Source of the DNA: Emiliania huxleyi CCMP1516
Lineage: Eukaryota
NCBI RefSeq assembly: GCF_000372725.1
Contig: NW_005201231.1
Span: 182,679 to 246,678 of the forward strand
DNA: 64,000 bases
Direction of reading: 5' to 3'
The position numbers and the translations under genes are program-made. Positions 35,824 to 48,398 of this stretch are shown piece after piece; the first letter of the stretch is position 1; the number at the start of each line of letters is the position of its first letter. The notes beneath the pieces are model-generated. The model had not been told where the DNA came from, did no database searches, and saw only the letters and a list, made by a program, of their open reading frames with translations.

Positions 35824-36275
35824 CGGCCACGGCTACGTCAAGGGGACGGATTGAAGATCCCTCACACCAAGATCGTGCAGGGCGGGGACACATGTCCCTA
35901 AATCCCATCTCGTCTCAGAGTTTGACCGTTTTTATTTATTTATTTAAGGCGCATCGCGATTTCTACCACGACCTGCCACGACGCGATCTTTGTCAAGCGC
36001 AACAACTTCAACCTGCTGGTGCTGCTCCACGAGACGTTCGGCGGCGGCTTCTCGCCCACCGCCGTTCTCAAGCTGCGCCGCCTCGCGCGCAAAGTCGCGC
36101 GCGGCAGCGTGGAGCGTCGACCGCACGGCCTACTCACCCAAGTACTCGCTCTCTTTTATGTCCCACCATGGGCAGACGAGAGCGCATCTCTCTCTCTGTT
36201 GTGCGAGGCGTGAACCGCGCCATTCGCTCTCACCTGGCAACCCTGTCTGCACGTCTTGCGCGCGCGTGAACAGGG
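35824..36275 (+). mobile_element. CRE-clade-like LINE 3' fragment (restriction-like endonuclease end), interrupted by a (TTTA)n-tailed insertion 35844-35945
   Basis: Degenerate copy of 46233-46615; insertion flanked by an AAGG duplication. Confidence 0.7.
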
Positions 36276-36617
36276 CTGGTCGGAGATACGTGCTGTCAGG
36301 CTGTCGCAGAGAAAGTGCTGTCAACGCTGTCACGTGTCAGGCTCGGTCGGGCACTGTCAGGCCGCGCTGTCCGGGTTTAGAGGCTGTCAGACTAGGGGCT
36401 GTCACGGCTCAGACCGCACTCCGAGAAGAGTTTTGCTCCATGAAAGTGCTCAAAAAATATGCCAGAATTCACACCCGATTCACCACAATCCACATCTGAC
36501 ACCAAACTCTTCATGACTCCCTCGCACGACACAGGGCACGGGACTGGGAGGGAGGCACGGACACAGAAGAATCGTACACAATTTGAAGCGTCCCTTGGCA
36601 TCGGAGCCGCCCGGCGC

Positions 36618-38900
36618 TCAGCCCGGCCAGACCCCACAGGCGACGCCGGCGGAGACGAGGAGCAGCAGCGCCGACAGGCCGACCAGGCCCACGAGCGACG
36701 CGCTGGGCAGCCGCGGCGCCGACCCCTTCGCTTCCCCCGCCGGCGGAGGGTGAGGCGCGGAGCCCGGCCGGGCCACGGCTGCGGCCGTGGGCGAGTGCAC
36801 GCCGCGGCCGGCGGCGTGGGCGAATGCGTGCCGGCGCCGCAGCACCAGCGCGGCGAGAGGCGGAAGGAGGCCGTATAGGACGACAGTGGGGAACGCGCCT
36901 GAGTGATCGCTTGTGAGTCATCGGTGGCGTGTCGGGCAGCAGTTGAGACACCGGTGAGGGGAGGCGCGCCCGAGAATGCGAGGAGGCGCAGGTATAGGCT
37001 CGGGCCGAGGCAGGCAAAGGCTGCCGGGACGGCGACGACGGCGGCGCGCGAGGCGGCGAGGAGCCGGGGCGAGGAGGAGGTCGGCGATGACGACGGCGGC
37101 GGCGAGGAGGAGGAGGAGCGCGATCTGCACCGGGACGCGAGATATGGGGAGATATGGGGAGATGTGGGGAGATATGGGGAGATATGGGGAGATATGGGGA
37201 GATGTGGGGAGATGTGGGGAGAGATGGGGAGATATGGGGAGGTATGGGGAGATGTGGGGAGATGTGGGGAGATGTGGGGAGATGTGGGGAGATGTGGGGA
37301 GATGTGGGGAGATGTGGGGAGATGTGGGGAGATGTGGGGAGATATGGGGAGAGATGGGGAGCGATCTGAACCGGGACGCGTCAGCCAGCAGGCCCGCGCA
37401 CGCGAGGAGGACGGGCAGCATCGTGCTGCCAATGGCGCCGACGGCGATGAGGGCTACCGGCCTAGAGGACGTGTGCGGAGCTGTGGCACGGTGGGGAGAT
37501 ATGGGGAGATATGGGGAGATATGGGGAGATGGGCACGGAGCTGTGGCACGGTGCGCAGCGCACTCACGCAGCAGCACAACCCCGGGACCGGAATCGCATG
37601 GCAGCACAAGAGCATCTAGAGTTGACGGTTGGCCACAGGAGGAGGAGCGGAGAGCATCTAGAGGTGACGGTCGGCTACAGCAGAAGCACATCTCGTCGCG
37701 AGAGCATCTAGTGCTGGCGGGCGTGGCGAGTGTTGGCGAGGAGCCAAGCAGAGCGAGGACGGGGTCCGCGCCCGGCGGCGAGGGCGACGCCAGCGACGCG
37801 AGGGCGGCGGAGGCGCTGCTCCACCCGATCGCGAGGAGGAGAGGCAGCAGCGAGCCCAGCACCACCGCCAGCCGCGCCTGCAGGGGCGCACGCGACGGGC
37901 CTGTCATGGCCGCGTCGGTGCTCGCGCGCCGGTCCGCTCCGCTGGCCGCGCCTCCCGCCCTGCCGCCTCGCGTCCCCGCCCGTGCCCAAGCTGCGCCAAC
38001 ACGACCGGGATCGCCTACCGACGGCAAAGAGGGGGTAGGGGGGAGAGAGCGGGAGAGAGGGGGAAGAGGAGGCCGCGTCCGAACCTCTCCAAACCGCAGG
38101 GTGTTGACAAAGATCGGGATCGGCCAGCCGCGGCGGGGCAGCAGGCCGGCCCAGTGCACGGAGGGCGCGGCGACGGCAGCGGCGGCCGCCGGCGCTGGCG
38201 CGGCGGCAGCGAGGGCGAAGAGAGTAAGAAAGCCCGTTAGCATGCATCCTGCGAGAAGGGTGTTTGCCGCCGCGACCGTCGCCGGCGCTGCGCCAAAGAC
38301 GAACGCTCCAAAGCCGGCGGCGGCGAGGAGGACGGCTGCGGGAAAGGGGAGGCGCGGGAGGAGCGACGCGGAGAGCTCCGCCGCCTTGACCAGGTTCGCG
38401 GACACGATTGCCAGCATTTGCGCGACGAACAGCAGCGAGAACAGCGCCGCGACGCCGTTGCCAAAGCACCGCCTCGAGATGGCGAGCACCGAAGCGCCGT
38501 CAGTGTCTATGCCCTCCGACATGCAGGCCGCGTCGACGTACGCCAGACCCGAGAGGACGAGGTAGACCCAGGTCGCCACCATCGCCGACGCCGAAGGCAG
38601 CAGCCCGAGCGGAGCCGTGACGGCGGGCACGGCGAGGAAGCCACCGCCGACGGCGGAGCCGCCGATGATTGCGATCGCGTCGACGAGGCTCATCGAGCGG
38701 TGCTGCTGCACGGGCGAGGCTGCTCGCCCGCCATCGGCTGGGCCGGTCTTTGCGCCACTTCCCGCGACGAGCGCCGGAGCCGCGCACCGCGGCGAGAGGC
38801 GTGGCCGCGCGCGCACGCTGCGAGCGTCCACCGCCTCGGCGCTCTGGGCACACGAAGTGAGGAAAACGAGGAGAACAGGGCTAGCAGATCGGCCAGCCAT
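36618..38900 (-). CDS. Trp/Tyr-permease-like (TyrP-type) amino acid transporter with N-terminal targeting peptide, multi-exon
   Basis: AIAIIGGSAVGGGFLAVPAVTAPLGLLPSA (cf. GTxIGAGILALP..G..PS); many TM helices; C-terminal VLYGLLPPLAA. Confidence 0.75.
37141..37360. repeat. Intronic 10-bp minisatellite (GAT[AG]TGGGGA)n
   Basis: Directly visible; related arrays at ~33755-33797, ~37492-37530 and ~49747-49786. Confidence 0.95.
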
Positions 38901-39117
38901 CTCCTACGCCAGCCATCGGTCGTGTGCGTTTTCGCGTTTCTTTTTCGAACTTGTTCTGGTTGTCTGGTTGTCTCGGCGTGTCCGCTATTTATTCACCCGC
39001 GACATTGTCTTTTCAGTGATTCTTCGCGTCCGGTCTAACGCGGAAAGAAAAATCCGGCGCAGTCGCCAGGCCGACCCTCGCCGGCCTAGCCTGACTTCAT
39101 CGCTCCGGGTTCGCCGC

Positions 39118-39915
39118 ATGGCGTGGTGGAGCCGGACGCGAGTCGTGTACGCCATCGGCCGCAACTACGTCGCGCACGCGCACGAGCTCAACAACCCCGT
39201 CCCAAAGGCGCCGTTCTGGTTCATCAAGCCGGCTTCGTCCATCATCGGCTCTGGCGCGCCGCATCAGCTCGCGCCGGGCGCCACCGACACGCACCACGAG
39301 CTCGAGCTCGGCGTGGTCATCGGGCGGCGCGCCACGCGCGTGAAGGCTGCCGACGCGATGGCGCACGTCGGCGGGTACTGCCTTGCGCTCGACATGACTG
39401 ACCGCGGAGCGCAGGACGCTGCGAAGAAGGCTGGCAAGCCGTGGGCCGCGGCCAAGGGCTGGGACACGTCCTGCCCCGTCAGCGAGATGGTTCCCGCGGC
39501 CGCAGTGGCCGACCCCTCTTCGCTCGACATGTGGCTCCGCGTGAATGGCGAGGCGGCACCGCGGCAGAGCGGCTCGACCGGTCTAATGATCTTTGGCGCG
39601 CGGCTCTAGGGGACTGGGAGACGCAATAGCGTGCTTCACGCCGCGCCGCCGGTTGGACGCCACTCGAGAGGCCGCCTCCCTGCCGAGGCTTGCGCCGCGT
39701 CGGTCCTCACTCGCGCCCCCCACACACCACGCACCGCAGGCGTGCCGGCGCTGGTTGAGGCGGTCTCGCGCGTGCACACGCTCGAGGAGGGGGACCTGCT
39801 GCTCACGGGGACGCCCGAAGGGGTCGGGCCCGTCGGCCCGGGCGACGTCATCACCGCGGGCATCGACTCGCTCGGTCTGAGCCTCACGGTACCCGTCGTC
39901 GCCGCACCCAGCTGA
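39118..39915 (+). CDS. Fumarylacetoacetate hydrolase family protein (FAHD1-like)
   Basis: AIGRNYVAHAHEL..FIKPASS..HHELELGVVIG..CLALDMTDR..AKGWDTSCP; intron ~39595-39739; TLEEGDLLLTGTPEGVGPV. Confidence 0.92.
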
Positions 39916-40499
39916 CGCGCGCGAGAGAGAGACGGTGCGGACCTTCCCTCTGTGTGCCCGCACATCCAGTGTGAGCCGTCGCGCGCTCCGGATAGAGGCC
40001 GTGGGCATGGGACGGCCCTGACCCTCCGGCTCTGTCGCGGATCGGCGGCGCGCGGGCGCCCGTGTGTGGTGGCTTGTGCTTCTTTTGTGCGCACCTCGCA
40101 TATTTGTGTGCCCGAACCGGCGCCGGCCGACCATCATGGCCGCGCGAGTCCGTCGCTGGGGCGCACTCGAGCGATTTACTAACCCTGGAACACATAAGTA
40201 CAAGACACAGCCACTTGTGGTATCCGGGCCGCTCTGCGCGGCACACCCAGACTTACACGCGGGTCACGGCTTGAGTGCGCCCGTGAAGCTGAAGGGCTCC
40301 GAGGTGACAGGTGTGGAGTGGGAGAACTGGCGACGGCTCGACCAAGGAACATGGGTGAGTGTAGCGGCGAGAGTGAGCAGCGGTGAGAGTGGCACCTTAT
40401 GCGAAGCTCAGGTCCACGCCACTCTGCTCGCCCGTCGCAGCCCAGGGAGCGCCACTTGGTGACTTGATGCGATCGTAGCTTGGCGGTCCTTGCGGCTTC

Positions 40500-40667
40500 T
40501 TACGTGTTTGTGCGCCTCGCCTCCGCTTGACGCTCCCGCGAGGCTTCTACCAGGCGGAGGTGCTTTGCGCTGTACGTCCCGTGGAGCTCAAAATTACGAG
40601 TTGCCTTGTCGCTCTTCTTGCGCCCCTTGCTCTTGACGCCCTCTTCCCCACGGTGCTTCTGCGGCAT
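40500..40667 (-). CDS. Small basic hypothetical protein (55 aa)
   Basis: MPQKHRGEEGVKSKGRKKSDKATRNFELHGTYSAKHLRLVEASRERQAEARRTNT, with host-like codon usage. Confidence 0.4.
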   Translation of the reverse strand: MPQKHRGEEGVKSKGRKKSDKATRNFELHGTYSAKHLRLVEASRERQAEARRTNT

Positions 40668-41053
40668 GAGTGCGGTGGTTGGCCGAGTGGTCTGCGCTCT
40701 GGCACAGATGAAGAGGACGCACGAGGTCGCGGACTGAGGGCGCGGACTGGTCGTGAACTCGTCGCAAGGTGGAATGTGAAGAATTCTATGACCGCCAGCC
40801 CGTCTCACAGCAGACTGGCACGAACTAGCACCACAAAAGGCACAGCATGTGAAGAATTCTTGCTGGCCGAGTAGACAACCGGCCAAAAGCGCATGTCTTG
40901 AAGGTCCGATCCTGGAAGCCCATATAGGCACCTTACACTCCCAGTGAGACGAGAATACGCACATCTTACAAGAATACATACTGCCCCCACGGAGTACCTG
41001 CACTACTCGACGATAATACAAGAAGAATACGCAGCTTGGAAGTTGCAGACGCC

Positions 41054-41150
41054 TTGATTGATTGATGGGAAGGCGAAACACAGTCCGACCAACGACTGGG
41101 ACACCAACGCGGTATGGGTGGACGCTAGACGGGCGATGACGGTCACACAG
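41054..41150 (-). mobile_element. Short retroposed element with (ATCA)n tail
   Basis: Near-identical to 53301-53395 in the opposite orientation. Confidence 0.7.
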
Positions 41151-41402
41151 GAGCGACACACAGAACCACAAGACAAGACACTCAGCCAAACTGACTGCCA
41201 CACATCCTGAGCGAACTTCCCTAGTCACCCGCGGCCGGAAGTTACGGCTGTTGCTGTTACCGGTATTTTGCCGCATTTTCCGGGGTTTGCCAGCAAGCCA
41301 AAGGAGTCGCACTTCGACCAGGTCCTAGCCAGGTAGAGCCGCGCCGTCCGCCTCGTGCTGTCTCAACCGAGCCATCAGATAGCACTGCAACAACAGCGCA
41401 GC

Positions 41403-43058
41403 ATGGTGGAGCTCGCCCGCCGCAGCGTGCTCCTCAATCTCCTCGCGACGCCGCTCGCGCCACGGCTGGCGCCGTCCGCCCGCCTCACCCTGCCGACCGC
41501 CTCTGGCGAAGTCGGGATGGCCGGCTGCGTCAGCTACCCCGATTGGCTGCTCGGCACGTGGGACGTGAGCAACACGCTGCAGCGCTTCGTGATGCCTCTC
41601 GGGTCGGCGCTGGTCGACCCGCTCACGCAGCTCAGTGCGATGGACGACCTGCGGAGGGACGAGACGCTGCGATATCTGCTGCGGTGGACGCGCGACGGGA
41701 CGGGCGCCTGCGTGCAGGACCGCGCCTTCAACGGGGCGCAGGAGGCCGCGGCGTTCCTCGGCGACCTCGGCTCCGTCGCCGCATCCGTGTTTGCGACGCC
41801 TCCGGACGCGCCTCACGGGCGGCTTCGCATCGACTTTGAGCCTGATGGAGGCGAGCCTCATCGCTAGCCGCGAGATACGGCCGAGGTCTAGCCGAGATGT
41901 GGCCGAGGTGCGGTCGAGGCGGCCTCGACGTGGCCGAGATAAGCCGCGGCGCGGCCGAGATCTAGCCGAGGTGCGGGGTTTCGCGTGCTTGAGCTTCTCC
42001 ACGGGAGAGGCCTCTCACTTTGAGGGTCTGGCATGGCACGCCCCCTCCTCGAGTGTAGGCGGCGCGGGCGGCGGGCGGAGCGGCGGCGGGAGCGGTGGAG
42101 GGGGCGTCGGTGGCGCATCGGTCGAGCTGACCGTGACGTGGCAGCGGTCAGAGCCAGCCGCGGGAGGCGAGCACTGTTCAAGACCACACGCATCGGCGCC
42201 GCCGCTCTCCTCCTCCTCACCACCTTCCTCGCCCCACCATACCACACAGCACCCTGAAAAGGAGGGAGGGGCGGCAAGCCGCAAGTGCCCCAACGCCCGC
42301 CAGTGTCTCATCACGCCCTGGTCCGCTCCCAAAAAATGGCGCACACTGGCCGTGCATCGGTGAGGGGAGTGAGTGCCACAGAGTGTCGAGCTCTGCCGCC
42401 GCCGCCGCCGAAGCGTTATCCTCGCATTCGACATCTGGGTCCAGGGCGCATGGCGCAGCGCATAGCGCCTCGTCCAGCACCTTGCCACCGAGCGACGCTG
42501 GTGCCAAATCAGATCTCTTGCTGCTCATTGACGCGACTGCGCTCCAGGCGACTTCCTGACCTCGGAGCTGCTCGAGCAGAGGGTGCGCTCCTCGCCCGAC
42601 GCCGCAGAGGAGGTGATCCTCGCCGGCGGCCGCGACGAGTCGATATCAAGAGAGCGCCGCATCCCAGGCATCTGTTTGACAGGTGAGCCTTGTCGAGTCT
42701 GTCACGCGCTTTTCGCCGAGGCAGCGGCCGGGCGGCGCGGGGTGGCGGAGGTGCCAGCAGCGTCTCTTCTCAGATCGTGGGTGTGAGCAGGAGGCGGCCG
42801 GGCGGCGGGGTGGCGGAGGTGCGGGCAAGGAACAGGCCCTCTCGCGGCCTCCCGACAGCGGCCACTGTCGGATCGTCCCACCGACGCTTCCCTCGACCGC
42901 TCAGGCTCGTGCAGTACGGCGCCGACGGCGGACCGTCCCGAGGCCTCGCCAGCGGGCGCGCCGTCTCGTGCTTCGACTACAGCTGGGAGCTGACGCGCGT
43001 CGACGAGGCGGAGAGGGTGCTGGGCGGCGCCGACTTGCTCAGGGCGGGGGCAGCGTAG
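41403..43058 (+). CDS. DUF6816-like (plastid/cyanobacterial-type) protein, multi-exon
   Basis: YPDWLLGTWDVSNTL...RYLLRW...VQDRAFN; final exon AVSCFDYSWELTRV. Confidence 0.6.
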
Positions 43059-43061
43059 GAG

Positions 43062-43343
43062 CTAGGAGGGTCGTTGTGCGACGCGGCAGAACTTGACGCG
43101 CCGGATGGCAGAGGGGCGCAACGTGGGCATCATCCGCACCTTTGGTTTGACGACTCTGCAGATCTCCTGGTTGCGTGGAAAGAGGGCGTCGCGCGGGAGC
43201 CCCAGCTTCTGCTCTGCAATGTGCCGAATGTCCTTTGCCGTCAGCTCCGGGTCGCGCTCCTCTTCAATCACCTCGAAGATGAGCGCTTCCAGCGCGTCGG
43301 CGGATAGTGACGTATATACCGTGTGCAAGCGGGGCTTGGACAC
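43062..43343 (-). CDS. Small protein with a DEK C-terminal-like helical domain (start uncertain)
   Basis: LEALIFEVIEEERDPELTAKDIRHIAEQKLGLPRDAL resembles DEK_C. Confidence 0.45.
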   Translation of the reverse strand: MSKPRLHTVYTSLSADALEALIFEVIEEERDPELTAKDIRHIAEQKLGLPRDALFPRNQEICRVVKPKVRMMPTLRPSAIRRVKFCRVAQRPS

Positions 43344-44244
43344 TGGGTGGCGTGAGACCCGCCACTCGCGGGAGATCCGGGGCGCGCGGTGTCACCAGCT
43401 CGCGGCGCAGGACGAGGTCGACAAGGAGGCGGCAGCCCCCTGAGTGCACTGTCAACATCGGCACGCTGCTCCTTCTCGGCAGGCTTGCGTGAGCAGGTCC
43501 CCAGATGGCGCGCGGCCCGGCGGCGTCAGATCTCTCCCAGATGACGGATTTTTGGCGAGAGAGTGTGAGAGAGGACAGAGGTGTACGGAGTAGCGACGGA
43601 GAGGATGCATGGGTTTATCATAGAACTCGCAGACCCCCCCACAACGTATAGTTCGTGTGCGGATTCAGCATTGTGTCGTTCTGGACCGCCCACACGCTAC
43701 ACGGCTAGACAGCCTGTGGCTTTCCTTTCGTTATTGTAAAATGAACTCGGGGACGCGGCACAAACGCGAAACGGGGCACAATCTGCGGCACAAACGCCAG
43801 GCCGTACAAACACGGGGAGGCGACGTGTAAGTCGTGTACGGTGTCGGTGACGAGGCTTGCCTCGGTAGAGTATGCACGCGTACGTACGCACGCAAGATAT
43901 CTTTATGCTACCGAAAAAGTAGACCCGAATCCAGCGACGAGCGAGCTCCCCGCCGAGCACTATAAAGCACACCGCCGCTCGAGCACCGCCTGGCTCGAGC
44001 GCTCGAAGGCGAGCACCTGCTCCACTCGAGCTCTTCGAGCACGCCACGCCTGGCTCATGTCCGTCTACCTCATATCTGCCCTTCTCGCTCCCGCCGCGCT
44101 CCTGTCGCCCACATGCCGCTCGGCGTCGCTGCGCGTCAGCAGCGGCCGCTCGGCGCCGCCTGCGGTGATGGCAGACTCATGAGCCCCGGGTGAGGCCCGC
44201 CCCCCCCCCGTCTTTGGGCTACCCCCTCGCTCACCTCCTCGCCC

Positions 44245-44943
44245 TCACGCGCCGAGGAGGGTCCCCACGGCGGTTGCGACGCGACGCTCGGCGTCGCGGT
44301 GGTTGCGCGCTGCGCGCACGAGCGCCTGGAGCGACACCTCGGCTTCGAAGCCCATTCCGATGAGCTGCGCGTACTCGTCGAGGAGGCCGCGGCTGCGCGC
44401 GCGGTCCTCCACCGGGCGGCGCGGCGCCGGCGGCGCCTCGGCGCCGTCAGCGTGCTCGAGCTCCTCGACGGCGGCGTTCCACGAGGGGAAGCTGGGGAAG
44501 CGAACCGTCGCGGTGATGCCATCGGGGCCGCGGCTGCGGTCGACCGAGAGCAGCCTGCCGACGTCCTCATGGGTGACGCCGCCCCACTCGAACCGCGGGC
44601 GGTGGACGGTGCGGCGGACGCGGACGTGGTCGCCAACGGCGAGCTCCCGCGGCGCCACGCGCTCGAGCTCGCGGAGCTCGGCCCTCCATCGGGAGCCGCG
44701 CCTCGGGAAATCGACCACGACGCGGTTCGGGTTGTCGGTGGAGGTCAGCGTGCCGACGCTCTCGTGGGTGATGCCGCCCCAGCCGTAGCGCGGCGAGGTC
44801 ACGCTGCGGCGCACACGCACGCGGTCGCCGACGGCCAGCGGCCGCACGCTGCCCTCCTCTCGCTCCTCCTCGCTCTCGCCCTCGCTGCCGTCCTCCGCCT
44901 CCTCCTCCTCGTCGCTCGCCTCCTCCTCCTCCTCCTCCTCCTC

Positions 44944-45000
<57 letters not shown>

Positions 45001-45936
45001 CTCGTCGTCGTCCTCGTCCTCGTCCTCGTCCTCATCCGTCGACGCGGGCGGCTCGGCCCGCGGCACCCGCGGCACGGCGCCGAGGACGCGCTCGCCCGTC
45101 CAGTCGGGCCACTGCGTCCATCTGCTGCGGTTGAGGTGGCCACAGTGGCCGCACGACATGTCCTGGCGGTACACGACCGAGCCGTCGCGGCGGTCGCGGA
45201 CGACGTCGCCGTGGTGCGCCGTCATGTCGTCGCAATTGATCTTGAGGACGGGGCCGAAGCCGCACTCGCGGCACTGCTTGACGCGGCAGCCCTGCTCGTC
45301 GCGGAACGTGCCGTCGGGGCGGCGGAAGGCGGCGCGCAAGTCGGCCTCGTACTGCGCCGTCGTCTGCGGGCCGGTCGACGCCGCCGCCGCCGCGAGGTGC
45401 TCCTTGACCGCGTCGGGAAGCCGCAGGTGGACGGCGAGCTCGACATTCTTCGCCTGCAGCGCGTCGAACGCGGCGGCCGGCATCGCGGCCGCGAGCTCCT
45501 TCAGCCCGAACGCCGCGCCGCAGCTGAAGTCGGGCGCCGCGCACTTGACGTGGTAGCACCGCTGCTCCTTCTCGTGCGTGTCGACCGCCGCCGGGTCGCG
45601 CGCGATCGACAGGCCGAGCAGCCGCTCGGCGCAGCTGCCGCACGAGAAGTGACCCGCCGGGCACTTGACGCCGGCGGCGAGCTCGACCGACTCGGTGCAG
45701 CAGACGACGCACGTCTCGCCCGTCGGCGCCAGCTCTGGCGGCGACGGCTTGGATGCCGCCTTCTTCCGCGGCGAGCTCTCGGCCGCAATTTTGCGCTTCT
45801 GCTTGTGCACGGTCGAGGGCTCGACAGCCGCTTCCGCAGCAGCGGCGCGAGAGGGACGCGAAGGCATGCCGCCGCTCGTGTCGGTGGTGACCTCCGCCTG
45901 GCCGCCGCGGCCGAAGAGACGGTCGAATAATCCCAT
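44245..45936 (-). CDS. RBR-like E3 ubiquitin ligase: RING, IBR/RING2-like region, acidic tract, two KEG/MIB-HERC2-like SH3 repeats, UBA
   Basis: CVVC..KCPAGHFSCGSC..KCAAPDFSC; KQCRECGFGPVLKINCDDM..CGHCG; LAVGDRVRVRRSVTSPRYGWGG..VGTL..VVDFP twice; LIGMGFE (UBA); N-terminal MGLFDRLFG. Confidence 0.78.
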
Positions 45937-46232
45937 CTGGAGCTTATAAGCCGTGCCGGCAGCGTCGCTGGACACGGCTCGGTCGCAAAGAAGGCGGCAA
46001 AATCGTAACCAGCTGAAGTGCAAGTTTGGCATTCACAGCAGCGGAGGCTGAGTGAAGACCGCATGCGATGTGCGCGAGGGCACACGACAGGAAGGGGCTT
46101 AGGAGAGGTATCCGTGAGTACCCTACGAAAACTAGAGTCGGAAATGGTTTCAACAGTCCCATTGCGCTTTCTTTCTTCTCCTGTGGAGCCTACGTCAGAT
46201 CTGAACAAACAAAACAACCCTTGTCCCACAAG

Positions 46233-46615
46233 ACCGGCCACGGCTACGTCAAGGCGCATCGCGGTTTCTACCACGACGCGATCTTTGTCAAGCGCAACAA
46301 CTTCAACCTGCTGCTCCACGAGACGTTCGGCGGCGGCTTCTCGCCCACCGCCGTTCTCAAGCTGCGCCGCCTCGCGCGCAAAGTCGCGCGCGGCAGCGTT
46401 GACCGCACGGCCTACTCGCCCAAGTACTCGCTCTCTTTTATGTCCCACCATGCAGAGCGCATCTCTCTCTCTGTTGTGCGAGGCGTGAACCGCGCCATTC
46501 GCTCTCACCTGGCAACCCTGTCTGCACGTCTCGCGCGCGCGTGAACAGGGCTCCAGGCCCCAAATTACGTGTGAGTGTTAGAGTTGTTTGGTATTGCTAA
46601 AAATCTCTCTCTCTC
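46233..46615 (+). mobile_element. CRE-clade-like LINE 3' fragment with (CT)n tail
   Basis: FNLLLHETFGGGFSPTAVLKLRRL..RISLSVVRGVNRAI resembles the RLE end (ETxGG..RIS..QRG) of CRE elements; further copies at ~35824 and ~53435. Confidence 0.72.
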
Positions 46616-46625
46616 CAGGTGGCGT

Positions 46626-47016
46626 TTATTTTTGCTTGGGGCGGACATCATGATGAAATTCTGGAAAAACCTGACCGGCCCCTGCCCTGCCCCTACCTAC
46701 CTACCTACCTACCTACCTTACTTATGGGAAACTAAAAAAGAAATCACGGGCTGGGTGAAGGTGGGGTACTATACCAACTAAAGTGATGGCTGGTGGTACT
46801 ATCCTGCAACCACAGTCCTTCCTGTGACATGGCAGGCCACTCTCAAGCCCTACAAGCACCAGATCAACGACTTGGGGAGGGTTGACATCGTGATTTGGAC
46901 GGAAAAATTCTTTTTCTGCTGTGAAAATTCCGGCGTGAGAGAGGGAAAAACCCGACGGGAGGGCCCAGACCCTACCCTACCTACCCCGTCATGATGTCCG
47001 CCCCAAGCAAAAATAA
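46626..47016. mobile_element. MITE-like element with perfect 28-bp terminal inverted repeats
   Basis: TTATTTTTGCTTGGGGCGGACATCATGA at 46626-46653 and its exact reverse complement at 46989-47016; no clear TSD. Confidence 0.7.
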
Positions 47017-48398
47017 TATACAGTGGCCAGGGGCGGGGCTTGCATTTTTGCCGTCGCCTGTCGCCGCTACAGCGCAGCACACCTATTCTTCTCAGAGAGA
47101 GTTTGAGCAATAGCCCTTCTCTCTTTTCTCGCGTTTTCCTCCGTTTTCTTTCGCCGTCACAGGGTTCGAAGTAACTTGAAGCCCGAACCGTGTTATTTCC
47201 TCGAGCGCCGGATAAGCGATTCACACGAGGGCCGTCACAACGTGTTTCTCGGCTCGCCCTCGCCCGGCCCGGCGCTATGCCGGCGCGTTCGCTAGAGGCT
47301 GCTGCCGCAGAGCGGAGGCGCGTGCGTCGCCTCGCTACTCTCGCGGCGAAGCAGCTGCCGCCGCCGAGAAGCGACGCGGCGTCTGCCGAGGAGAGAGAGC
47401 CAGCGCGGCGGTCGCCGACGCCGCCTTCGAGCTGTGTGCCACTTCTCGGGTGCACGACAGCTCTGCGCGGCAGCAGCATCAGCAGCCGCCGCACCGCCAC
47501 CCGCCTCGCGCCTGTCGCGGCCGGAAGGGAGCACGCCGTCGCTGCCGTGGTACCGAGGGCCGGAGCCCGACTCTCGTACAGTCGAGCGGCTCCGAGGCGA
47601 AGCGCTGACACACACAGGGCATGCCGCGCAAGGAGAGCGCGCCTCGAGGCCGGCAAGTGCGCGTACGTGCCGCGCGGTCTTGGTGGCGCGATTCATGACG
47701 GTCGCTCTCGCTGCCGGCCGATGAACCCTCGCCGCCCCCGCACCAGCGACACCGGCCGCGGCTCGCCTCCACGCGCCGGCTCGGAAGAGGGGCTGTCGGC
47801 GGCGCAGCAGAGCGGCTCGCCTCGGCGCTCGAGCCGCCGACAGCCCCACTCCTCGACGTGACGGCCGCTCCCGGAGCCAGCCGGTGCGCGCCCGACCCAC
47901 GCCCCCTCTCGCACCCCTCCGACCCCCCCTGCGCGGCGCACCCGCCCGCTGTGCGCCGGCTCGAGCGCCTATCGCCAAATCGCGACGTTTGAGCGCAGCG
48001 CACGCGTCCCACACGTCACGCGCGCGCAGGAGAGCGTGCGGCACAGCAGTAGCGTGTACTCGCCGAGGGCATCGCGCCGAAAACCCCGCGCATTCCGCCC
48101 CAGCAGAGGCTGCAGCCTCTGCACAAGCTACACCACTGTAAGAATGGTGAGTACTTGGGGTTGAGTGGGCTTGCTTGCTCCCCGAGCCGGGAGCAAAAAT
48201 GCAAGAACACCTGCTCTCTCTGTTCTTTTCACCTTCTTACCTTACCTAACCTAAGCTGGTGACAGGGGACAGGTAGGTGTCACTGTCGCTGTCGTTTGCT
48301 GTTGACGTGAACTCTCCATAGTATCGTTGAGCGGCGCATAAGAAGAAGTCGCGCGCCCCGGTTGGCGTCCGTTTTCTTCATTCCGCGCCTTAGTTGAC

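Noticed and set aside
47190..48044. ORFs on both strands in the 47-48 kb region
   Set aside because: No recognisable domain or clear start; long open frames are expected at this GC content.
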